In this document: positions 50,301-57,311 of the stretch, piece by piece
Position numbering within the stretch: position 1 is the stretch's first letter
Layout: each line of letters begins with the position of its first letter
NCBI GenBank assembly: GCA_902520385.1
Contig: CABYOB010000002.1
Span: 5,842-69,841 of the forward strand
Length of the DNA: 64,000 nucleotides
Origin: an uncultured Bacteroidota bacterium
GTDB lineage: Bacteria; Bacteroidota; Bacteroidia; Flavobacteriales; TMED113
Reading direction: 5' to 3'
Made by a program: the position numbers and the translations under genes
The notes under the pieces: model-generated
What the model was told of the DNA's origin: nothing
Database searches by the model: none
Seen by the model: the letters and a program-made list of their open reading frames with translations, nothing else

Positions 50301-52685
50301 AACAATGACCCAACTACAGATACTAACAACTCTCTTTGTATTTACCCTGATGAAACATACGTAGATTGTAATGGTAATTGTTTAAACGACTCCGACGAAG
50401 ATGGTGTATGTAACGAAATAGAAATCGAAGGATGTACTGACTCTCTGGCTTGTAATTTCGAAAATAACAGTACAGATGATGATGGCTCATGTGTCTACCC
50501 AATAGAAGATTACTTAACCTGCGATGGTAATTGTATTAACGATACTGATGAAGATGGAGTTTGTAACGAAGTAGAAATTGCGGGATGTACAGACCCTCTA
50601 GCTTGTAATTTCGAAGAAAACAATACAGATGATGATGGGTCATGCATTTATCCAATAGAAAATTACTTAACCTGCGATGGTGATTGTATTAACGATGTTG
50701 ACGAAGATGGAGTTTGTGACGAAGCTGAAATCGTTGGTTGTCAAGATGCTACAGCGTGTAATTATAATATAAATGCAACTGATGACGGAGAATGTTCTTA
50801 CTTAGAGAATTTATGTGATGAATGTGAAGATGGCAGTATCGTAGACTATGATACAGATAATGATGGAATTTGTGATTATAATGAAATTGGTGGCTGTCAA
50901 GATACAGAAGCTTGTAATTATGATGCAACTGCCACTGACGATAATGGGTCCTGTTTTTATCCTGAACAATACTACTTAAATTGTGATGGGAACTGTCTAA
51001 ATGACACTGATGGTGACGGAGTATGTGATGAAATAGAAGTTTATGGTTGTACAGATCCGACTGCATGCAACTATAATCCAGACTTAGGTTGTACAGAAGA
51101 TGATAATAGTTGTACGTACCCTTCTGAAGATTACTTAGATTGTTTTGGAAACTGTATTAATGATTCAGATAACGATCAAGTTTGTGATGAAATAGAAGTG
51201 ATAGGTTGCCAAGACCCACAAGCTTGTAATTACGACTCTCTTGCTACTGACCCTGGTGAATGTTTCTACTTAGAAATGGATGTTTCTTATATTACTCAGG
51301 ATGTTTCTGTATGTGCAGCGGATAACGATGGTCTTGTTGAAATTACAGTTAGTGGAGGAACCCCTGAATATACAATTACTTTAGATGGCGCTCAAGAAAT
51401 AACACAAAATGGAGGTGTTTTTCTATTTGAAAACTTAGGGGCAGGGGCATATGAAATTCAAATCACAGATTTAAATGGATGTTTAATTACTGAAACAATT
51501 TATATTGATTCACCTGGGCCAATTGAAATTAACCCAAATATAATTAACCCTCTTTGTATTGGTGATAGTAATGGGTCTGCAACCCCTACTATTAACGGAG
51601 GAACACCGCCATATGAAACGTCATGGTCAGGTACCATCGACGGACAAAACTTATCTGCCGGATTCTATGACTTTTTAGTCACTGATGCGGCTGGTTGTGT
51701 AGAAGTATTTACAATCCCAATTATTGACCCTCCTTCAATTTCAGTTTCATTAAACACTACAGATGTTGTCTGTTTTGGTGAAAATGACGGACAAGTAGAA
51801 TATATTGTAAATGGAGGTACCCCCCCTTATTCTTTTGATTGGAATGGGGCAAATCCTAATTCATTAGAATTTGGATCTTACTCAGTTATAATCACAGACA
51901 GCAACGGGTGTTCCATTACAGAAAGTTTTGATATAGATTCAAATTCCGAAAATGTAGTAAATATTAATCCTGATTTATTTGAAATATGTGAAGGAAGTGT
52001 TGCTATTATTGAGGCTCCAAGTGGATTCGAAAATTATTTATGGTCTAATGGCTTTGAAGGAAATCCACTAGAAACAGACAACCCAGGTTATTATAGCGTG
52101 ACTGCAACTGATGAAAATGGATGTGAAATCACATCTAATTTTGTTTACGTAGAAGAACTACCATCCCCTTCACTAAATGATATTTTAGGAAATACTGATG
52201 TTGGAATTTTTGATACACTTGTTTATTACACTCAACCAAATTCAAATTCTTCATTTAATTGGCTCATAGAAAATAATTCGGGTGAAATTATAAGCGGGCA
52301 AGGAACAAATAGTATTGAAGTAATGTGGGAAAATGAGGGAATTGCCGTTGTTTACGTAACGGAAACTAGTGCTGACGGATGTGAGAATACCAATTCATTA
52401 ACTGTAGAAGTAAATAATTATACTTCATTAGATGAACACAGCAATAATGATTTTATTATTTTCCCAAATCCTAGCTCACAAAAATCAAGTATTTACATCA
52501 ATAAAAAACATGACGAAAGCTATAATGTGACAATACTAGACTTAAATGGAAAAGTAATAAAGTCTTTTTCGAATATAGATGATAAAATATTTAATATTTC
52601 ATGCGAAAAATTTGCTAAAGGTGCTTACTTTGCTCAGATAACTAGTGATACAAAAAATGTTAAGAAATTGATTGTGATAAAATAA
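47394..52685 (+). CDS. Giant T9SS-secreted acidic Cys-rich repeat protein with SprB-like repeats (1763 aa)
   Basis: Signal peptide; about 22 GC[TQ]DxxACN[YF] repeats alternating with DxDxDGxCD motifs; two 'AAWG' modules; three GGTPPY...TDxxGC SprB-like repeats; canonical type A CTD (IFPNP...ILDLNGK...KGAYF...KKLIV). Confidence 0.85.
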   Translation: MKGSFKYIALLCFFALTNSIYSQDCDDCTSLYNAALGCIANGVCDDPSASNYCPADAYFNSGPELCQYNSGCFCEGALNFGSNDDCIFEEGCTSDPLAANYIDCSNSTVLTEVCLSGGCTCPLSFNYDPSADVDDGSCIIVSGGCSDSEAVNYSGDECANSNFIAEDCQYENVSYDDLVWEFTNTGSNATIAFSNPAISFNGDVMPDGALLGVFFTDDNDNYACGGYQIIDNSEGNQAIAAWGAETGLDNGFAIGEEYTLFVQIYGQTFIADAVTWNTTAPFTNSYSLNAFGQIVSATFSGEITGTPGCTDPSAANYNSEATLDDGSCYNLIWEFTNTGSNATIVINSPENITINGDPLPLCATIGVFFVNDSNQYTCGGYTEWTGETTSLAAWGTETGLDNGFADGENYTWFLQIGDQSFPVDENGASMNTTPPFSDSYALNGFGELLSANFIGQFDDLIYGCNDNSACNYNSTANCNDGSCTYPETVYDCNGDCNNDVDGDEICDELEIEGCTDSTACNYNPDATDEGDCYFPPQYYDCTGTCINDINENGICDELDDPGCTDSTACNYDDNASADDGSCVYQTTWYFDTDGDGLGDSNGFSMEACSDPSGAFGTFADNNNDPCPNDIENDADGDGVCESDEVAGCEDENACNYNFLATEDDGTCTYPTETFLDCSGFCLNDSDGDQICDELELPGCTDSSACNFDINYTDDDGSCYYISIWYEDVDGDGLGDNEYPAESCDQPEGFVLDNTDNCPNDVDNDIDNDGVCESDEIFGCTDEFACNYNNDATEEDNSCTYLITNCDSCENGIVINNDIDNDGICNDDEIPGCTDISYVEFNPEATDDDGSCSILSSSGCTDEEACNYSPAATEDDDSCTYPEETYLDCNGNCSNDTDDDGVCDEIEVLGCQDSTACNYNENATDDDGSCFYPSETYLDCQGNCLNDTDNDSVCDEIEFVDCTDPLACNFNNDPTTDTNNSLCIYPDETYVDCNGNCLNDSDEDGVCNEIEIEGCTDSLACNFENNSTDDDGSCVYPIEDYLTCDGNCINDTDEDGVCNEVEIAGCTDPLACNFEENNTDDDGSCIYPIENYLTCDGDCINDVDEDGVCDEAEIVGCQDATACNYNINATDDGECSYLENLCDECEDGSIVDYDTDNDGICDYNEIGGCQDTEACNYDATATDDNGSCFYPEQYYLNCDGNCLNDTDGDGVCDEIEVYGCTDPTACNYNPDLGCTEDDNSCTYPSEDYLDCFGNCINDSDNDQVCDEIEVIGCQDPQACNYDSLATDPGECFYLEMDVSYITQDVSVCAADNDGLVEITVSGGTPEYTITLDGAQEITQNGGVFLFENLGAGAYEIQITDLNGCLITETIYIDSPGPIEINPNIINPLCIGDSNGSATPTINGGTPPYETSWSGTIDGQNLSAGFYDFLVTDAAGCVEVFTIPIIDPPSISVSLNTTDVVCFGENDGQVEYIVNGGTPPYSFDWNGANPNSLEFGSYSVIITDSNGCSITESFDIDSNSENVVNINPDLFEICEGSVAIIEAPSGFENYLWSNGFEGNPLETDNPGYYSVTATDENGCEITSNFVYVEELPSPSLNDILGNTDVGIFDTLVYYTQPNSNSSFNWLIENNSGEIISGQGTNSIEVMWENEGIAVVYVTETSADGCENTNSLTVEVNNYTSLDEHSNNDFIIFPNPSSQKSSIYINKKHDESYNVTILDLNGKVIKSFSNIDDKIFNISCEKFAKGAYFAQITSDTKNVKKLIVIK

Positions 52686-52691
52686 TTTATT

Positions 52692-54377
52692 TTGCATCGT
52701 TCTAAGAAAGTCATCCTCATTGTTATTTGTGTTAGTTTGGGGTTTCTCCTATCCAAAATTATTCCAAATTATAATCAAGTTAAATATGCCTCTATTGTCA
52801 CTGGTCACCCTGAAGCAACAAAAATTGGAGAATATATATTAAATAAAGGTGGAAATGCTGTTGACGCTTCTATTGCTACTCAATTAGCTTTAGCAGTTTG
52901 CTTTCCAAGAGCAGGAAATATTGGCGGAGGGGGGTTTATGATTTACAGAACTAAAGATGGAGATTCTTATTCGCTAGATTTTAGAGAAAAAGCTCCTAAA
53001 AAATCAACTAAAAATATGTACTTGGATTCTATTGGAAATGTAATTGATAGTTTAAGTACACATGGCACTTTATCAATTGGTATTCCAGGTACTATTAGTG
53101 GTATTTTTGATGCCCACGAAAAATTTGGCACCATGAGTATTAAAGAATTATTTGATCCGGCTATTGAGTTAGCTGAAAATGGTTTTTTAATTAATGAGCG
53201 CCAAGCTAATTTATTAAACTCCTACAAAAAAGATTTTATAAAATTTAATCCTAATAATAAATACTTTATTAAAAATTCCAATTGGAAAAAAGATGACACT
53301 TTAATACAAACAGATTTAGCTAATACCTTAAAAATAATTAGAGATGAAAAACGCGAAAGTTTTTATAATGGAATAATCACAAAAAAAATAATTAAAAGTT
53401 TAGGAGATAACGCCATTTTAACAGAGTTTGATTTTCAAAACTATCATTCAATTTGGAGAGATCCTATAAAAACTAAAATAAATAATTATAATATTATTAG
53501 CATGCCACCTCCCTCTAGTGGGGGTATTGCCTTATCACAACTTTTATTGATGTTTTTTGACCTAGATTTAAACTTAAAACATAACGAGGTTAAATATATT
53601 CATCTACTAACAGAAATTGAAAAATTAGTATATGCTGATCGTTCAAAATATTTAGGAGACAATGATTTTTTTTATGTTCCTACTAACTCACTAATTGACA
53701 AAAAATATCTAACTAACCGCGTTAAAAAAATTAATTTTTCTAAACCAACCCCATCCGCTAATATTAATCCGGGAGAATTAAATTATACTGAAAGTGAAGA
53801 AACAACTCATTTTTCAATTGTTGATTCATATGGTAATTCTGCCTCAGTTACAACTACTTTAAATACTAACTTTGGGTCTAAAGTTTTTGTTGATGGATTA
53901 GGATTCTTATTAAATAATGAAATGGATGACTTTAGTATAAAGCCAGGCACTCCTAACACATACGGGCTAGTGGGTTCTGAAGCGAATTCTATAGAGCCAG
54001 AAAAAAGAATGTTAAGTTCTATGACACCTACTATAATAGAAAAAAACAATGAACTATTTATGGTGCTTGGCTCGCCTGGTGGATCAACTATAATCACGTC
54101 AGTGTTTCAAACTATATTAAATGTAATATTATTTAATATGGATATTCAAAACGCCGTAAATGCACCTAGATTTCATCATCAATGGATTCCTAATTTAATC
54201 TACATGGAAAAAAATTCCTTCTCCACAAAAACAATTGATTCACTTAAATTACTTGGTCATAAAATTAAAGAAAGAGAAACAATGGGACATGTTAATGCAA
54301 TTCATATAAGTGATAAAATGTATGTCGGGGCAGATAATAGAGGGTCTAACTCTGCTTCAATATTGTTTAATAAATAA
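52692..54377 (+). CDS. ggt: Gamma-glutamyltransferase
   Basis: GGNAVDA, GGGGF, DFRE, TTHFS catalytic Thr, NNEMDDF, SSMTP, GSPGG. Confidence 0.95.
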   Translation: MHRSKKVILIVICVSLGFLLSKIIPNYNQVKYASIVTGHPEATKIGEYILNKGGNAVDASIATQLALAVCFPRAGNIGGGGFMIYRTKDGDSYSLDFREKAPKKSTKNMYLDSIGNVIDSLSTHGTLSIGIPGTISGIFDAHEKFGTMSIKELFDPAIELAENGFLINERQANLLNSYKKDFIKFNPNNKYFIKNSNWKKDDTLIQTDLANTLKIIRDEKRESFYNGIITKKIIKSLGDNAILTEFDFQNYHSIWRDPIKTKINNYNIISMPPPSSGGIALSQLLLMFFDLDLNLKHNEVKYIHLLTEIEKLVYADRSKYLGDNDFFYVPTNSLIDKKYLTNRVKKINFSKPTPSANINPGELNYTESEETTHFSIVDSYGNSASVTTTLNTNFGSKVFVDGLGFLLNNEMDDFSIKPGTPNTYGLVGSEANSIEPEKRMLSSMTPTIIEKNNELFMVLGSPGGSTIITSVFQTILNVILFNMDIQNAVNAPRFHHQWIPNLIYMEKNSFSTKTIDSLKLLGHKIKERETMGHVNAIHISDKMYVGADNRGSNSASILFNK

Positions 54378-54378
54378 T

Positions 54379-54903
54379 TTATTTTTTTAAGAAATCCTTA
54401 TACAAATAACTTGGCTGAATACCTCTATTTGCTTGATATTTTCCACTTTTATATTCTTCATAATCGCCATCAATAGTATGAAAATATATTTGACATATTT
54501 CAACATTTGGATAAATGACTAAAGGTTGAACAACAAATATCTCTAGCGTCCAGAATCCTTCAAAACCTACATCTCCAAATCCTGCAGTAATGTGTACAAA
54601 CATTCCTAATCTCCCTATACTACTTCTTCCTTCCAACATGGGTACAAATTTTTTAGTTTTTGTATACTCTAATGTTCTACCTAAATATAATTTACCTGGC
54701 TCTAAAAGAAGGCCCTTTTCAGGTATTATTATTTTTGTTGTTTGATTTTCTAACTTCATATCTAAAGGAGTTTTATTATAGATAAGTAACTCGTCATGAA
54801 GTTTTAAGTTGTAACTATTTGGATTTAACTGTTTTTCATTATAAGGTTCAATAATGATGTCATTATTAATGTGTTCCGCTATTTTTTTTCCACTTAAAAT
54901 CAT
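54379..54903 (-). CDS. dcd: dCTP deaminase
   Basis: NPNSYNL, EGRSSIGR, AGFGDVGF, TLE, KYQ. Confidence 0.93.
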   Translation of the reverse strand: MILSGKKIAEHINNDIIIEPYNEKQLNPNSYNLKLHDELLIYNKTPLDMKLENQTTKIIIPEKGLLLEPGKLYLGRTLEYTKTKKFVPMLEGRSSIGRLGMFVHITAGFGDVGFEGFWTLEIFVVQPLVIYPNVEICQIYFHTIDGDYEEYKSGKYQANRGIQPSYLYKDFLKK

Positions 54904-54962
54904 TAATTAATAGATTAAAAAACCAAATCATATTAAATATATAAATATTTTTAAGAAAGTTT

Positions 54963-54993
54963 TTTGTTTATATCAAAATAAAGTATAGATTTG
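54963..54993 (+). promoter_or_regulatory. Consensus Bacteroidota promoter with no downstream protein gene
   Basis: TTTG (54963-54966), 19-nt spacer, TAGATTTG (54986-54993). Confidence 0.75.
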
Positions 54994-54998
54994 CCCCC

Positions 54999-55095
54999 GA
55001 TTTATACATATATAGTATAACAAAATGGGGTATTTTCAAAGAGAGGACAGTACAGCCTCTCAATATAAAAAGCCATCTTTTAAGATGGCTTTTCT
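54999..55095 (+). ncRNA. Candidate small RNA (about 95 nt) with an exposed UGGGG seed
   Basis: Bounded by a consensus promoter and an intrinsic terminator. Internal hairpin GAGAGG-N9-CCTCTC (55041-55061). Shares CAAAATGGGGTATT with the element at 58867. Confidence 0.65.
55068..55093. terminator. Bidirectional intrinsic terminator
   Basis: AAAAGCCATCTT-TT-AAGATGGCTTTT. Confidence 0.88.
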
Positions 55096-55102
55096 CTTTT
55101 TA

Positions 55103-55558
55103 CTATAAAGACAAAAAATAAATTATTGTTGGAATAAATAACAAAATGCAGAGCACTGAAAATGGCTTGGGCCAATTTTCTTGTGAATGCCATAAAGCAA
55201 TTAAAATTAAAGGTATTTGAAAAAAAAGTCTAACTAACGTCTTTGATTTCTCTACATTTAAAATTTCTGGAAATTGATGCAAATATATATTGGCAGGGAA
55301 AACAGCTATTAATAATACTACTAAACCTAAGCTCGAAATTCTTCTATATTTTTTAAATAATAAAAAGCCACCAAATAAAATTTCAAAAAACCCACTTATG
55401 TAAACTAATTCTAAATGAAATGGAAGATATGGGGGCATGATTAAAAGGAAAAAGTCTGGATCTAAAAAGTGTTTTAGTCCTATAGCAATATATAAAATTG
55501 ACATAATAACTATTGTACAATTTTTAATTATTTTAATAATATCTTTTTCCTTAATCAC
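55103..55558 (-). CDS. DoxX-like membrane protein
   Basis: GLKHF, IMPPYLP, SGFFE, AVFPANI, RLFFQ. Confidence 0.8.
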   Translation of the reverse strand: MIKEKDIIKIIKNCTIVIMSILYIAIGLKHFLDPDFFLLIMPPYLPFHLELVYISGFFEILFGGFLLFKKYRRISSLGLVVLLIAVFPANIYLHQFPEILNVEKSKTLVRLFFQIPLILIALWHSQENWPKPFSVLCILLFIPTIIYFLSL

Positions 55559-56175
55559 TAATCAATTTTTTCGCAATAAAACACTAAAGTCCCAGACCAA
55601 TTTTCTTTTGCCCCAAATTTATATGATTGTATGTTTTTAAACCCCGTATTTAACAAATTAGATTCCCACATGTCAATGGAAAGTGTTTGAAGTCCTAATT
55701 CTAAGTCTTTTCCCCAACTCAGTGAATCTTTATTTTCTAAATAATGATCTATTCCGAAAAGCATACATCCCCCTTTCTTTAAAATATTTTTATAGATGTA
55801 ATTAAGCACATAAATTGGGTCTTTGAAATAATAAAAAACCTCCATACTAAAAACTATATCAAACTGATCTTTATAATCCATTTTTTCAATATCTAATTGA
55901 TAATAATGAGATTGTTTATCTCTTTTAATTGCTTTTTCAATCATTTTTTCTGCACCATCAATACCAACTGATTTAGTACAGTTTATGTAATCTCTCATCT
56001 TTTTGACTACCCAACCATTACCACAACCTATATCTATAAAAGAAAAATCATCGGAGAGCATCTTAGGCGGTATTAGCTCTAGCATTTTATTCACTGAATA
56101 AGAATGGTTTTTTTCCATGCCCTTATCCTTATTTTTATGAGCCCAATTATTAAATGTTTCAATAGCAGTTTTCAT
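55558..56175 (-). CDS. Class I SAM-dependent methyltransferase
   Basis: DIGCGNG motif I, FSMEVFYY. Confidence 0.88.
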   Translation of the reverse strand: MKTAIETFNNWAHKNKDKGMEKNHSYSVNKMLELIPPKMLSDDFSFIDIGCGNGWVVKKMRDYINCTKSVGIDGAEKMIEKAIKRDKQSHYYQLDIEKMDYKDQFDIVFSMEVFYYFKDPIYVLNYIYKNILKKGGCMLFGIDHYLENKDSLSWGKDLELGLQTLSIDMWESNLLNTGFKNIQSYKFGAKENWSGTLVFYCEKID

Positions 56176-56246
56176 TTTGAAAAAATAATTTGATGTTTTT
56201 CAATTTAAATAAATAAAATCAACTTAAAGATTATTTTCAAGTTTAA

Positions 56247-57125
56247 CTATAACATTTTTAAAAAAGCATCAACACTTTCTATAAGGTCAATTTTCATTTC
56301 CTTAGTACAGATATCATTTAATTTATGATTTGCAACAACATAATTTTTACTTTTTGGAAAATATTTATTTATTGAGTCTGCTGTTGTTGAAATGTTTAAT
56401 TTAGAGAAATTAGAAACAACAAAAAATAACGTGAAATCAATCTTAGTATTTTTTGCAATTTCATTTAATGCAAGTAATGGAACATTTGATCCTAAATATA
56501 CTACATTATATCCGTGATTATGAAGTAAGTACCTAGTAAACAGAAGACCCATTTCGTGATGTTCATTCGGAGGAAGGAATAGTAGCCAGGTTTTGGAATC
56601 CTTATTTTTATATGTAGACTCTTCATCTATTTGCTTATACATTTTTTGTTTGAACATTTCCGATAAAAAATGTTCTTGAGCTGGGTTCATCTTGTTAGTC
56701 AACCAAAATAATCCAATTTTAGAAAAAGTAGGCAACATGATTTTCTTATATAAATCAATTGTTGTATACTTTTTTGTGGCTTCTGAATATGTTTTATTAA
56801 AAGTGTCTGTATCAAATTTTAAAGCAGATTTAATAAAAGTATTTACACAATATTCATTAAAAGCATCCTTCTTTTTATAGCTAATAAGCTCAGAAAGTAA
56901 AATGTCAATTTCATCGTCATTTTTCTGAGATATTGAAGAGATTTTGTGACCGTTATCAATTAACAGTTTAGCATTAAGGGCCTTTATTAATAATTCATCA
57001 GAATAAAATCTTATTTTCGACGAAGTCCTCTCTGCAATTAAGAAATTATACCTGTTCTCCCAAGTCCGCAATAATAATTTATTTATTCCTGTTATTTTTG
57101 AGAATTGATCAATGTTATAGCTCAT
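56247..57125 (-). CDS. MerR-family regulator with cobalamin-binding domain (CarH/LitR-like photoreceptor)
   Basis: MerR HTH (LRTWENRY), W-x9-EH (WLTNKMNPAQEH), ExHxxG (EHHEMG), YLG. Confidence 0.85.
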   Translation of the reverse strand: MSYNIDQFSKITGINKLLLRTWENRYNFLIAERTSSKIRFYSDELLIKALNAKLLIDNGHKISSISQKNDDEIDILLSELISYKKKDAFNEYCVNTFIKSALKFDTDTFNKTYSEATKKYTTIDLYKKIMLPTFSKIGLFWLTNKMNPAQEHFLSEMFKQKMYKQIDEESTYKNKDSKTWLLFLPPNEHHEMGLLFTRYLLHNHGYNVVYLGSNVPLLALNEIAKNTKIDFTLFFVVSNFSKLNISTTADSINKYFPKSKNYVVANHKLNDICTKEMKIDLIESVDAFLKML

Positions 57126-57211
57126 ATAAAAAGTTTCTAATAATTAAAGCAAGCTGCTTTAAATTATCATTTATTAATAAATATTTATCAAATTTAAAAA
57201 AAAATATGTTT

Positions 57212-57286
57212 TGTATAGTTTTTTTAAAAAAAAATTATACATTTGGGGAAATTATTTGTATAACATAAATTGCTTAAAGCTATACA
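57212..57286. promoter_or_regulatory. Two TGTATA-N18-TATACA inverted-repeat operators overlapping a TACATTTG -7 element
   Basis: Boxes at 57212-57241 and 57257-57286; -7 element at 57238-57245. Confidence 0.7.
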
Positions 57287-57311
57287 AAAAATTAACTTAA
57301 AAGATATAAAT

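Noticed and set aside
47965..51066. Short alternative-frame and antisense ORFs within the 1763-aa gene
   Set aside because: Same compositional artefact of Asp/Cys-rich repeats.
40154..52685. Higher-GC block as a prophage, mobile island or diversity-generating retroelement target
   Set aside because: No integrase, transposase, reverse transcriptase, phage genes or flanking att repeats seen. The GC rise is explained by Cys/Gly/Asp-rich coding, and repeat differences do not look adenine-specific by eye.
55025..55108. 27-codon ORF MGYFQREDSTASQYKKPSFKMAFLFLL inside the candidate sRNA
   Set aside because: Its stop codon lies beyond the intrinsic terminator and overlaps the convergent doxX stop, so a noncoding interpretation is more economical. 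Ribo-seq would settle it.
57270..57311. TTG start extension of the fasciclin ORF
   Set aside because: It overlaps the operator; ATG 57312 (MKKTLL) after an A-rich leader fits a signal peptide better.
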